Of a DNA stretch of 64,000 bases, positions 35,773 through 47,914 are shown piece by piece. The stretch spans positions 7,936,001 to 8,000,000 of the forward strand of contig NC_043020.1 in the NCBI RefSeq assembly GCF_006345805.1, written 5' to 3'. This DNA is from Octopus sinensis (taxonomy: Eukaryota). Position numbers and translations under genes: made by a program. The notes beneath the pieces were generated by a model. That model did no database searches, was not told where the DNA came from, and saw nothing but the letters and a program-made list of their open reading frames with translations. The stretch's first letter is position 1. Each line of letters opens with the position of its first letter.

Positions 35773-38299
35773 CCTAGAACTCCATTATTCGATGTGTCTT
35801 TGGGTTTCTTAAGATAGTAGGGTGTGATTTTTGAGTGGAATTTTGACTGCTTTTTCTCTTGGTCTAATAAACCACATAGCTCCTTTTTTGGTTTGAGTTG
35901 TGGCTTTTTTGCTGTTATTAAGCTATATCTGAGCTGGACAATGGCGCAAAGGCAGCTGACCAAATTTACTTCTGCCATTGGGGTCTTACCCATACATGAT
36001 GTCCACTGTTCTTGTTCTGTCACTGTTTGAAACATGGTTGTCCTCATATTTCATTGTACAGTTTTGATTAGGTTTTATACTTTACAAATTGGATGGAATC
36101 ATTAAAGCATCACAGACAAAATACTTTGTGGTATTTAACTACAACTCTTTATCTTCTGAGTTCAAATCCTGCCTAGGTTAGCTTTGATCTCATCCAACCA
36201 GGGTTGCTAAAATAAAGTACCAGTTACATACTAGAATCAAATTTATATTCCTGTAAAGTATCGTAGTGGGGCTGGAATTACAATAGAAGATGGACAAGAA
36301 CATGTGGTCCTTCAGATTCAACTTCAAACCCTACCATAGACAGCTGGGCAGCGTTAATCATGCCTCTTTCTTTCAGGGTTGAATAGGTATTTGCTGAAGC
36401 ATGGCTTTTATTTAAACTTCTGTAACATTTTTTTTTATACTGTGCATTTTTTGAAAAATAGTTATCATATTCTGGCACATTTTCATTTCCACTTCAGTGT
36501 GAAACTGAAAGAATTTTAAAATGAAACTATTTACCTTGAAGGAGAATTCCATTAATTAATCTAAAAGTATTTTGCAGTATTATCTTTTTCCCAGCTCACA
36601 ATGAAAGTTAAAAAGTTTGTGTCACAAGACATCAATGCTTTCAGAGATCTGCATTGTACATACAACATTTTTTTGTACATTTATAATTAACTTGAGCAAA
36701 GCATGACTGTTGTATTCCCAAATTTGGCAAATATTAATTGCGAATGTGGTTTGTGGTTCAAGCGGTTAACAAGTAATAAAAGTACATAGCAACTTTTCTA
36801 CAAATTTTGGCCCTCTCTATCACATTTAATTTTGTCCCGATTTTGGATATAATAGGATCTTGCGGAAGATACAACACAAGTTTTTTCCGGATCACATCTT
36901 GTAATGCACCTGTACATATCATCAGTGATGTTTCCTAGTGTCATGGAGTGTTTCAGGTATTTCTGTATTTAGACTCCTTCACTCAGGTGACCCATCATGG
37001 GTTGATCAAGCCCCACCTACTGTCTAGTTGGTATGACCTCTAGTAGCACTCTCTGCTTCAAGGCCCCTACCTCCTGATCCACAGCCCACTTTTAGACAAC
37101 CTCTGCTACTTCTACAGCCAATTTGATTGTCCTCAGCCTACTGGCTCCTGTGAGGCCCATCATTTTGTAGGCTCTGTAGAAGGACTGGCCTGCAAACCTT
37201 CTGCATCCCACCTCAATGGGATCACACCTTACTTGCCACCCATTGCTTCAGCATAGCTCCAACAGCTCTCAGCATATTTCAAAAATAAGATTTATTGTTT
37301 TATTTAGACAAACAATATGACACATATCAACAAAATAAAATAAAGTTTTGGGGGTTTTTTTTTTTTTGCTTTCTTGAAACTTTTTCCTTTTTTTGCTTAA
37401 AGAAGCAAAAAGTAAAAAAAAAAAAAATGGCAAAATTATCTTGGTTTTTAAGAATGGAATTTTCATTTCAAGGTAGGTAGCTTCATCTTAAAACACTTTT
37501 GGGTTCCTTGAAGCCCTGGAAATGAAGAGATATTTGAATTTTTGTTTGAAACATCACTGATTTATAATACCCAAACAGGAAAATTTCTATAAGAAAATCA
37601 GTTTTTTCATAAATTTCATTTTTTTATTATTGAAATTCTTTTTTTTTCTTTTTTCTTTTCAAATCAGAAAGTGACAAGATTGGATGTAATTTTCAGCTGC
37701 AGTCTTTTGTTTAGATTTTGAAGTGTATAAACATGTTTTGTTTGCATTCATAGAATCATTTTCACCGTTAATAAAACGACAGCGATGCATTCTCAGAAAA
37801 TGAAACAATATTTTCATTATAAAATATATTACTATCTTACAAATGCAAACACAGTATATTTAGGCACTTCAAATAACAACAAACAAAAAAATACTACTGT
37901 GGCTGCACCACACAGTAAATTTTGTATCACTTTTTTAATTTAAAACAAAATTAAAAAGATAAAACTAAAGACAAGAAAGCAATTTCAAGAAATTTAAAAT
38001 CTTTTTAGAATTTCTTTATTTGGATATAGGAGAATCTGTGATGTTCAGAAAACAAAAATCTGAGAACAATTAAAAAAAACAGAAAATGTATAATAACATA
38101 AGTTACAGGGGTTTAAAAGGTCCATGCTTGAGTGAATAATGGCCTCATAGTTATTAATAAAGGATACTTGTGTATCCTGTGCCTTGAAAAATGTTGGTGT
38201 ATGGCAAAGATATTTTATTACGTCCTTGATATTATTTGTCTGTTGCTCTGGGATGTGTGCTCTTTCTTTGTTCTTTTGCTGGATAATGTATGTTTGATT

Positions 38300-38522
38300 T
38301 GAAGGCAGAGAGCTGGCAGAAATGTTAGCTCGCCGGGCAAAATGTTTAGTGGTATTTAATCTATCTTTACGTTCTGAGTTCAAGTTCCGCCAAGGTTGAC
38401 TTTGCCTTTCATCCTTTCAGGGTTGATAAATTAAGTACCAGTTGCGTACCAGGATTGATCTAATCGACTGGCTTGCTCCTCCCCCACAAATTTCGGGCCT
38501 TGTGCCTAGAGTAGAAAAGAAT
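38300..38522 (+). mobile_element. SINE family B
   Basis: Head, B box GAGTTCAAGTTCC, core and GGCCTTGTGCCTAGAGTAGAAAAG tail. Confidence 0.88.
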
Positions 38523-39076
38523 ATATGTTTGATTTGGTAATCTTTCAGTTTAAGATCACAAAGTGAAAAAGTGAAAAGTAGATCAGTTTAAAACACCAAT
38601 GAAATGAAAGGAAACATTATGTGGTGTACTTGTTTAATGGATAAAATCTGAATGATTTCTTGCAAAAAGTCCAAGGATTTTTGTATTTTTAATACAAAAT
38701 GATTTATTGTAAAAGATGAATGTGGGAATGATTCATTAATGAAATCACTTTCACTCTGTCATCCAGATTATCAGATGTACTTCTTTTGCATTGTTGTAGC
38801 TTCCAAATGATGTCACCCCCACTGGCTAGGTTGGCAAGCTAACATTCTCTCTGACTAAAATATCAGTCCATCACAGGGTGACCCATTTACAGCTGAGTGG
38901 ACTGGAGCAACATGAAATGAAGTGTTTTACCCAAGAAAAACAACAGACTGCTGCTCTGGGAACCAAGACCACATCCTTAAAAATTGTGAGAGCAGCACCC
39001 TAACCAGTAGGCTACACACCTTATTAGTGAAATTTGAAAGCAACAACATTTAATTTGTAGGGTACTAATGTCTTAT

Positions 39077-39395
39077 CACCTTGACCGACCAGTCCGTCGG
39101 GCGTGCATTTGACATCGCTGGTCACAACATGCTGTCCACTCCTCTCTGGATCGCACCATCCTCACCCACATGATCCCATTCGCCCTCCTAAAATCGTAAC
39201 TCCACTGTCGTGGAGACCTTCCGAGTGGTCGTTTCCGCTCGCGCGGGTACCACTCAACAACTGTGCGGGTCCACTAATTACCGGTGAGCTGGGGGACGTG
39301 TCCAGCCCATCTAAACTTGCTGCGTGTATATTCTACAATGACATCCCACACGCCGGACTTCTGTCTGATGACCTTGCCACTGATGTGCTCTCTCA
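39077..39395 (-). mobile_element. 5'-truncated RTE LINE with a 13-bp target-site duplication
   Basis: Minus strand reads LREHISGKVIRQKSGVWDVIVEYTRSKFRWAGHV..., then EWYPRER; ACTAATGTCTTAT at 39064-39076 and 39396-39408. Confidence 0.92.
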
Positions 39396-40064
39396 ACTAA
39401 TGTCTTATACAGATCAAAAATTGCATGAATGTGTTGTTTTCATCACTTCTCCATCATAATTCCTGACAATAAGTTGGAAAGAGAGCATCTCATCTCATCT
39501 ACTCTCGGTGTGATATTTCTCTTTCATTCTGCTCATGGAAATCTACTGGCATTGCAGAATGCAGTTGGAATTTCTTCTTTCGCTTTGTGATCTTAAAGTG
39601 AAAGATTTATCTTTATTTCTATTTCAGACTTGCCGTCTATATATTAGATTTCTCTTCTCTCTATCTGTCTGTTTGTCTGATAATTTTTGTTATACTTGTT
39701 ATTATTATTGCTTCACTTCTTTATTGCGTTTGTGTGTGTGCACGCACACGCACATACACACACATACACGCACACACATACACGCACACACACACACACA
39801 CATACACGCACACACACACACACATACACGCACACACACACATACACGCACACACATACACGCACACACACACACATACACGCACACACACTTCTTTCGC
39901 CGTCTCAAATATTGTTTCGCTTTCATATTGGTACTTTCCAAGTATTTTCATCAATTTTCAATCACTTTCTAAAGTGCCATGTGTCTGTCTTATTGTCTCT
40001 CTTCGCCACACTCTATCTCTCGACTCCCCTCCACCTGTCACACTCCATCGTCCCCTTTTCAATC

Positions 40065-40104
<40 letters not shown>

Positions 40105-40281
40105 GTTTCATTATATTCCAAAGTTACAGACAACAAATTTATATATAAATACACTGGTGTATTTATATTAATTATGGATAGCTTAATTGGCTGTTGAATG
40201 TACAGACAATTAAAAAAAAAAATGTTATAATCTATAGTTCCAGTTATTTTCATTGATTATTGTATGATTTCAAATATCACA

Positions 40282-40490
40282 ATGTCTCCAGTTAAGAAAA
40301 TTTGTTGGCAATACTCCATTGACTATTTATCTTTATTATGAGTTTTTGCTTCTCCTCAGAATGGCCAGTTACCTATGTGTCATTTGTGTAATAAAACTTT
40401 ATGCAACAAGGCTTTGAAACGGTCACTCATGAATTGTTATTGATATTCCGAACATGCTGACCAAAGGGACAAACTGCCGCAGTAGCTTTT
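40282..40490 (+). pseudogene. hAT (Buster/Charlie, ZBED5-like) transposase N-terminal remnant
   Basis: MSPVKKICWQYSIDYLSLL*VFASPQNGQLPMCHLCNKTLCNKALKRS resembles the KK.RQY..EYL..GF....P.C..C...L.N..MKPS BED-finger start. Confidence 0.75.
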
Positions 40491-40534
40491 GATCTTGACC
40501 GTTTTGTTAGACTTTTGCTGTTGAAATAGTGAAA

Positions 40535-40760
40535 GCACACAGCTCAGTGGTTCAAGCATCAGGTTCACAGTTATGAGGCTGTGAGTTTGATTCCCGGACC
40601 ACGCTGTACATTGCGTTCTTGAGCAAGATACTTTATTTCATGTTGTTCCAGTTCACTCAGTTGTAGAAATGAGTTGCGGTGTCTGTAATGGCTTTTCCTT
40701 TTTCCCTTGGACAAAATCAGGAGTGTGGAATGAGAAGACTGTTAGGTCTTCCACAGACAA
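40535..40760 (+). mobile_element. SINE family E, partial
   Basis: GCTCAGTGGTT A box, GAGTTTGATTCCC B box, CTTGAGCAAGATACTTTATTTC core. Confidence 0.8.
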
Positions 40761-41589
40761 CCTTGATAAGTCTTCTGTTATAATAGAAACATTATTTTTA
40801 GATCTGTTATTAAAGAAATTTTCTTATTCTGTAATATCTGGAAAAACTGGTACCACTACAAGGGATAATTCTTTTCACTAATGACACAATTACTCAATGG
40901 GGAAACTGATAAAAGCCCGTTGTGTGTGTACATGTGTGGCGTCATGGTTAGGGTGTTATGCTCACAATCTAGTGATTGTGAGTTTGATTCTTGAGCAAAA
41001 CACTATTTCGCATTGCTCCAGTCCACTCAGCTATGAATAGGTAATCCTGTGATGGACTAACTTTAGATTCAGGGGGTATGTTGGCCTGCTTGCCTAACTA
41101 GTGGGGTGGCATCATTCGAAAGCTAAACAGAAACAAAGTGCTTGTGACCAGCGATGTATAACAGCATCTGATAGTCTGGCCAATCATGTGATCACATGAT
41201 ATATATATAGATATCTAATATATATATATATATATATATATATGTATCATGGACTCTCCTGTCATTAAGCAACTTATGAGGGTTTGGCTATTTCTTGCTG
41301 AACAACCATGCAGCAGATGGTTTGTTTATAGTGATCAAATGTTTGTGTACACATAAGCTCACTCTCTCCATCAAACTGACATTACCTGTACAGGTGTACT
41401 GTTTGCCACATGTCAAATGATAAAATGATCACAGAGCAATGTGAAATGAAGTGCTTTGCTCAAGAACACAACACAATGCCCAGTCTGGGTATCAACCCAC
41501 GATCTTGCAATCGTGAGTGCAACAGCCTAACCACTAAGCCATGCACCTTCACACACACACACACACGTGTATATATATATATATATAGT

Positions 41590-41782
41590 TAATCCAAACA
41601 AGAAAGCACAAAAAAACACTACAACGCGAGGACGTGGAACAAATATAGTATTATTGGACGCTCAGGAAAGAAGGAGGGTTTAACATTTCGAGCGGAGCTC
41701 TTCGTCGGAAACATAGAAGGAAAGATCCAGAGAAGGGAAGACAGAGGAAAAAAAATCGCCAACGGTACACACGCGGTCACAT
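41590..41782 (-). mobile_element. Penelope-like element pseudo-LTR fragment
   Basis: CpG-rich insert between (TA)n tracts carrying a CCGACGAAGAGCTCCGCTCGAAA motif of the type found in PLE terminal repeats. Confidence 0.6.
41678..41712 (-). ncRNA. Minimal type-I hammerhead ribozyme motif (variant, one probable CpG-decay mutation)
   Basis: GUUU-CCGACGA-A-GAGC-UCC-GCUC-GAAA-UG-UU-AAAC: stem I GUUU/AAAC, stem II GAGC/GCUC, core C(U>C)GANGA and GAAA, cleavage triplet GUU. Confidence 0.65.
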
Positions 41783-42094
41783 ATATACATATATACACAT
41801 GTGTGTGTAAATGCCTGTCATAATGAAGAATGTCTCTTGTTTCCAGTTTTCTGTAAAAGCACTGACAAATTCAGCTAACCAGAGGGACACTAGCTGTCTC
41901 AGGCAGTCTAGGTTGTTTGTCTCTGCAAGTTGTTCTCTCTCCTTTCCTTTCACTTCTTTCATATAATATGCTTTTGTTGTGCACATCAAAAGCTGCCCAT
42001 CCCGACTCGTAATGTCCAGTAACACTCATTAATTATATGCAGTGGTTTAAATTCCTTGCAATATTTTCATAATATTATCCAGCAAATTATATAT

Positions 42095-42495
42095 ATTTTT
42101 TATCTTTTACTTGTTTCAGTCATTAGACTGTGGCCATGCTGGGGCACTACCTAGAAGAGTTTTTAGACAAACAAATTGACCTTAGTACCTTCTTATTAAA
42201 GCTTGATACTTATCCTATCAGTCCTGTTTGCTGAACTGTTATGTTACGAGGACTTAAAGAAAGTGACACCAATTGTTAAGTGGTGGGGAGGGACAAACCA
42301 CAGGCACACACATGCATGTGCTCACACACACACACAATGGGCTTCTTTCAGTTTCCGTCTACCAAATCTACTCATAAGACTTTGGTTGGCCTGAGGCTGT
42401 TGTGGAAAACATTTACCCAATGTGTCTCACAGTGGAGTTGAACCTGGAACCATGTTGTTGGGAAGCAAACTTCTTACTACACAGCCACGCGTATG
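42095..42495 (-). mobile_element. SINE family A, diverged full-length copy
   Basis: TCTTTTACTTGTTTCAGTCATTAGACTGTGGCCATGC...ACACAGCCACGCGTATGCCTA. Confidence 0.82.
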
Positions 42496-42640
42496 CCTAT
42501 ACACAGAAAGTTGTTAACCATTATGTTCGTTAACTGTTGTCCCATTAATTTATTGGATGCGCACAGTTGTAAATCTAACGATATGGTTTAATAAAATATT
42601 TGAAAACTGAATTAAACTTTAGTGTGGCCATTGTCTACAC

Positions 42641-42859
42641 CAGTGGTTTTCAACCAGGGTTCCTCGGAACCTTAGGGTTCCGCCAGTACAGTCCAGGGGT
42701 TCCGCAAGAAGTTACAAAACTGCTAAAATCGGCAGTAATTTTTAAGTCTTCTGTGCAGATATGTGTGCATAAGACTATTAAATTATTGCACAGGGGTTCC
42801 TCGAGCCAGTGGAATGTTTCCTTGGGGTTCCGCTCCAGCAAAAAGTTTGAAAAGCACTG
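42641..42859. mobile_element. hAT-Charlie-type MITE with an intact 8-bp TSD
   Basis: TIRs CAGTGGTTTTCAA / TTGAAAAGCACTG; GTCTACAC at 42633-42640 and 42860-42867. Confidence 0.93.
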
Positions 42860-42928
42860 GTCTACACACACAATCTACCTCACATTGTGAATATTCAGTG
42901 AAGAAAAATATATAACTAATCGCCACAC

Positions 42929-43704
42929 TTAACCCTTTAGTGTTCACATTATTCTGCCAAAATTAATGCTTTTTTTATCCACATTATTTTGAACTAATCA
43001 TGCATTATCTTGTAGCTATGAGATTTTGATGAGGTAGCTGTTAATTTTTTAAAACGATATTGTAGGGTTGATGTGAGAGACCAGATCTGGCCAGTTTGAA
43101 CATAAAACAGGCAGAATACTTTTGGCCGGATATACTCTTTTACTCTTTTACTTGTTTCAGTCATTTGACTGCGGCCATGCTGGAGCACCGCCTTTAGTCG
43201 AGCAAATCGACCCCAGGACTTATTCTTTGTAAGCCCAGTACTTATTCTATCGGTCTCTTTTGCCGAACCGCTAAGTGACGGGGACGTAAACACACCAGCA
43301 TCGGTTGTCAAGCAATGCTAGGGGGACAAACACAGACACACACACAAACACACACACAGGCTTCTTTCAGTTTCCGTCTACCAAATCCACTCACAAGGCA
43401 TTGGTCGGCCCGGGGCTATAGCAGAAGACACTTGCCCAAGATGCCACACAGTGGGACTGAACCCGGAACCATGTGGTTGGTTAGCAAGCTACTTACCACA
43501 CAGCCACTCCTGCGCCTATATTGTTTTGAACTATTTGAACTAATCATGCATTATCTCATAGCATTGAGATTTTGATGAAGTAACTGTTAATTTTTAAAAC
43601 GATATTGTAGGGTTGGTGTGAGAGACCAGATCTGGCCAGTTTGAACATAAAACAGGCAGAATACTTTTGGCCGGATACGGCCGGTTTAAATGCTAAAGGG
43701 TTAA
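42929..43704. mobile_element. piggyBac-type MITE (TTAA-CCCTTTAG...CTAAAGGG-TTAA) interrupted by a SINE A and an internal duplication of about 150 bp
   Basis: TTAA at both ends; MITE internal segment present at 42984-43132 and again at 43519-43678. Confidence 0.85.
43133..43518 (-). mobile_element. SINE family A, full length, young-looking
   Basis: Reverse-complement match to family A with CpGs intact. Confidence 0.93.
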
Positions 43705-43748
43705 ATGGCATGTTCGCAGTTTGAACAGTTTTGGGGATCAGAACTGAC

Positions 43749-43969
43749 CTGGGTTTTAACAGTAACAACAGCTGCAACATTGACAACAACCATCAGCACT
43801 ATGAACATAACTGAAGGTTCGACAAAATCACATGTGGTTAGTGAAGCCATCATGTGTTCTTTAAAGCAGCCATCTTGAAAACTGCCTGCAAGTCTTCCAT
43901 CATGTGTTGCTGCTGATGTAGCTTTGGCAATTGCTGTTCGGGATCTTTTGAATATTATTTCATATATTT
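43749..43969 (-). CDS. Candidate exon, unknown product (contains MASLTTCDFVEPSVMFIVLMVVVNVAAVVTVKTQ, signal-peptide/TM-like)
   Basis: 73-codon open frame between TTATTAG| and CAG|GTCAGT; the acceptor context is A-rich and weak. Confidence 0.22.
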
Positions 43970-44034
43970 CTAATAATTTTTTTTTTATTCTATTTATATA
44001 TATATATATATATATAATTTTTTTTTTATTCTAT

Positions 44035-44066
<32 letters not shown>

Positions 44067-44684
44067 TTTTCCAATTCTAATGGAATGAGTTTGTTGAGGA
44101 GTAAATATCATCTTGAAAAATATTAAGTGTTCAGATATTAAATTTCATCGAGTTATTATTGTTGTCGTCCTTGTTGTTGTCGGTGGTGTTGCTGTTGTTG
44201 TTCTTGCTAGTTATTTCTGCCCTGTTGTTGTGTTGTCTTTTTAAGCATTGGTGGCCATCTTAGAATATACACAAACTCTATTATTTTGTTTCGTTTCCTT
44301 TTACTTAAATGAAAACACAATTAAATTACAGTGATTGTTTTTATTCTTTCTCTTTTATTGTTGTAGTTGTTGTTGTTGTTTTGTTATTTTGTATGTACGT
44401 TTTCTTTTTGCAAATTTTTTCGTTTTCTTTTTTTTTTTTATTTTCCTTCTCTCCTCTCTTCCATGTGATAAATTACTTTTGCAAATTAAATTGGTTTTCA
44501 TTACAAAATAATCCAGTGGCATGTTTTGTACTTACCCATACCTCCATCACCAGTGAAAGAGAAAGTGAGGGAGAGAGAAAAAGAGGGAGAGAGAGAGAAA
44601 TAAAGAATGAGATAGAAATATTTAGGTAGATATGAATACATAGTGCTATATAACATTAAATAGGTACATAGCAAGATTAATAAC

Positions 44685-44724
<40 letters not shown>

Positions 44725-45450
44725 TAGATAGATAGATACATATATACATACATACATACATGTGTACATACATACATGCGTACATAGAGACATACATTGA
44801 TTGATAGCCAAATAATCAGATTTGATTGATAAAAATTGTAGCATACTGAATTGATGCAAATTACTATTTAGATATCTATCTATCCATTGATAGATAGACA
44901 GATAGATAGACAGATAGATAGATAGATAGATAGATGCTAACACATGACTACACAAAGATAAATAACTGGCTAACTAGCTCTCTCACTCACTCTTTCTTCT
45001 TGTCCTCTTCCTCTCTCCAGTCTTGTATTTATATCTATCTATATATCTATCTGTATGTGCATGTGTTAGTGGATAGATAGATAAATACGATAGAGATATG
45101 ATTAAACACAATCATTTGGTGATATGTGCTTAGTAGAACAAGTAGGAAATAATTAGGTCAGTGTTAGCTTTTGAATGCTCCTTGCATTAATTATGTTAAT
45201 TAGAAATAAATATTGACTTTGACATTCAAACAGGGAAATCAGTAGACAGATAATTTAATGCTAATATATTTAATGCAGAGAACATTAAAAAGTTAACTAT
45301 AAGTAATTAACCTGAAAGGGGAAAAAGAACTAGTATTAGTCAAGAACTAAAGTTATTTTCATTATTTTAACTAGTACAGAGGGACAACTTCAAACATATT
45401 TTGAACTTATTCTGACCTCATCAATGAAGCATAACTTTCATCATACTTAC

Positions 45451-45481
45451 CAAATTAGTGATGAACATATTACGATATAAC
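45451..45481 (-). other. Candidate 31-nt micro-exon
   Basis: CCTCTATTTTAG|GTTATATCGTAATATGTTCATCACTAATTTG|GTAAGTAT; both splice sites near consensus; two frames open (LYRNMFITNL or YIVICSSLI). Confidence 0.3.
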
Positions 45482-45960
45482 CTAAAATAGAGGACCAGTA
45501 AATGGTCATGTTTGTGAGTCTCACATCTCCATGCCACTAATATTGCTGAATGGAATGGCTGGACCTGCTACAGCTTGGCACCAGTGTCATCACACGTGTT
45601 GCTTTTAGAATGCAAAAAGCAGGAACAAATACTATGAGATAATCTGTTGGATACTCTAATCCACAAGGATACTTGGTCAATCCACTGCCCAGACTGGTAC
45701 TGGCATTGATCCCTGAAGGATAGAATATCTAGACTAGTACTAGATTGACCTTCTGGAAGTCAGAATTGGCTTCAGGGAGACTTAAACTGACAGCTAGGCA
45801 AATACTGCAAGGCATTCTGTTGAGTGTCCCAATCTGTGAGGATACTTTGGCCATCCACTGCCCTGGACTGGAACTGTGTCAGGTCTGTGAAAGACAAAGT
45901 AGCTAGGCTGCTATTTATTGAACCAAGTCAGAGTACCTCAGCAAGATTTAAACTCGAAGC

Positions 45961-46188
45961 TTAACTCTTTCATTACTGTATTTATTTTGGGATGCTCTGT
46001 GTTTCTTTCAATTACTTTAAATATATCAAAGAATTTAGTAAAATAACTTAGTTATTATTCAGCTAGTGTTAGGAACATAAATTGTGACTAAGGTTTGGTG
46101 GAAGATTTTAATTCAAAACTTGTGAAAACAAGACATTTGTACTCAGAGCCAGAGCCGGTTTCAGCTGGGTTGGTAATGAAAGGGTTAA
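45961..46188. mobile_element. piggyBac-type MITE (TTAA-CTCTTTCATTAC...GTAATGAAAGGG-TTAA)
   Basis: TIRs and TTAA; inverted sibling at 51966-52193. Confidence 0.88.
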
Positions 46189-46842
46189 AGCCAAACAAAA
46201 ACTGAAAAAAAGGCATTTGTACTCAGGGCCAGAGCCGGTTTCAGCCGGGTTGGTAATGAAAGGGTTAAAGCCAAACAAAAACTGAAAACAAGACATTTGT
46301 ACTCAGAGCCAGAGCCGGTTTCAGCTGGGTTGGTAATGAAAGGGTTAAAGCCAAACAAAAACTGAAAAAAAGACATTTGTACTCAGGGCCAGAGCCGGTT
46401 TCAGCTGGGTTGGTAATGAAAGGGTTAAAGCCAAACAAAAACTGAAAAAAAGACATTTGTACTCAGGGCCAGAGCCGGTTTCAGCTGGGTTGGTAATGAA
46501 AGGGTTAAAGCCAAACAAAAACTGAAAAAAAGACATTTGTACTCAGGGCCAGAGCTGGTTTCAGCTGGGTTGGTAATGAAAGGGTTAAAGCCAAACAAAA
46601 ACTGAAAAAAAGACATTTGTACTCAGGGCCAGAGCTGGTTTCAGCTGGGTGGTAATGAAAGGGTTAAAGCCAAACAAAAACTGAAAAAAGACATTTGTAC
46701 TCAGGGCCAGAGCCGGTTTCAGCTGGGTTGGTAATGAAAGGGTTAAAGCCAAACAAAAACTGAAAAAAAGACATTTTTACTCAGGGCCAGAGCCGGTTTC
46801 AGTCGGGTTGGTAACGAAAGGGTTAAAGCCAAACAAAAACTG
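46126..46842. repeat. 80-bp tandem repeat, 9 copies, built from a MITE end plus flank
   Basis: AGGGTTAA ends at 46188, 46268, 46348, 46428, 46508, 46588, 46667, 46746 and 46826. Confidence 0.95.
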
Positions 46843-47528
46843 TAATGTATTCTATCCAATGCTGTAACGCCTTTGCAAGGACACTTTGTCCATTCCTTGT
46901 TCTGGACTGGTACTTTTTGACTCCTGAAAGTCAGAGTTGACCTCAGCAAGATTTAAACTCAGAGCACAGAGCTAAGCAGAAAGTGCACAGCGTTTTGTCC
47001 AATGCTCTAATGACACTGCCAACATGCTGCTGTTCCCTACCGTTCACACGTAGAAACAGTAATTAAATGTGTTGCATTAGCATATTCAATGCCAGGAACA
47101 TTGAGAAACAAACCAGAAATTATTATGCAGTAGCAAAGAAAACCAATATTGGTCTAAGACCAATATTGGTTTTGATTCTTTTAATATGAAACGATGTGTT
47201 GAATTCACACTAATAAACATGAGCAGTCATGAACGAAGCTCTATAGATCAGTGCTTCTCAAACATTTTTAACAATACCCCCACCACCACCACCACCACCA
47301 CCACCTTTATTTAGCTAAATCTTTTAAATTGCCCTGGCTACAATCCACCAAAATTAAATAAACCACATGTACACATATGTATATCTATGCATGTGCAAGT
47401 TAGAATGTTACTTTGCACTACAGGTGCAATGGTGAATTTTATAGCATGTATGGAAAAGCCCAGAACTTTGATAATCATACTTTTGTTTTATTGTCGGTAA
47501 ATTTACATGTATGGGTAGTATATATATA

Positions 47529-47914
47529 GTGGAGGCGCAATGGCCCAGTGGTTAGGGCAGCAGACTTGCGGTCGTAGGATCGCAGTTTCGATTCCCAGAC
47601 CGGGCGTTGTGAGTGTTTATTGAGCGAAAACACCTAAAAAGCTCCACGAGGCTCCGGCAGGGGATGGTGGTGATCCCTGCTGTACTCTTTCACCGCAACT
47701 TTCTCTCACTCTTACTTCCTGTTTCTGTTGTACCTGTATTTCAAAGGGGCCAGCCTTGTCACTCTCTGTGTCACGCTGAATATCCCCGAGAACTACGTTA
47801 AGGGTACACGTGTCTGTGGAGTGCTCAGCCACTTACACATTAATTTCACAAGCAGGCTGTTCCGTTGATCGGATCAACCGGAACCCTCGTCGTCGTAACC
47901 GACGGAGTGCTTCC
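47529..47914 (+). mobile_element. SINE family D, full length
   Basis: GTGGAGGCGCAATGGCCCAGTGGTTAGGGCAGC head (A box TGGCCCAGTGG, B box GTTTCGATTCC), body, 3' end GACGGAGTGCTTCC. Confidence 0.92.

Noticed and set aside
35682-36047. 121-aa minus-strand ORF
   Set aside because: It is partly antisense to the RTE remnant, with no splice or homology support.
36755-36909. Minus-strand open frame GALQDVIRKKLVLYLPQDPIISKIG... after GTACAG|
   Set aside because: It ends in a stop without a convincing donor and has no recognisable homology.
40373-40520. Apparent minus-strand exon with strong splice signals
   Set aside because: All frames are closed, and the plus strand is better explained as an hAT transposase remnant.
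47249-47263. hAT left end CAGTGCTTCTCAAAC
   Set aside because: No matching right TIR or TSD was found, so it is not listed as an element.
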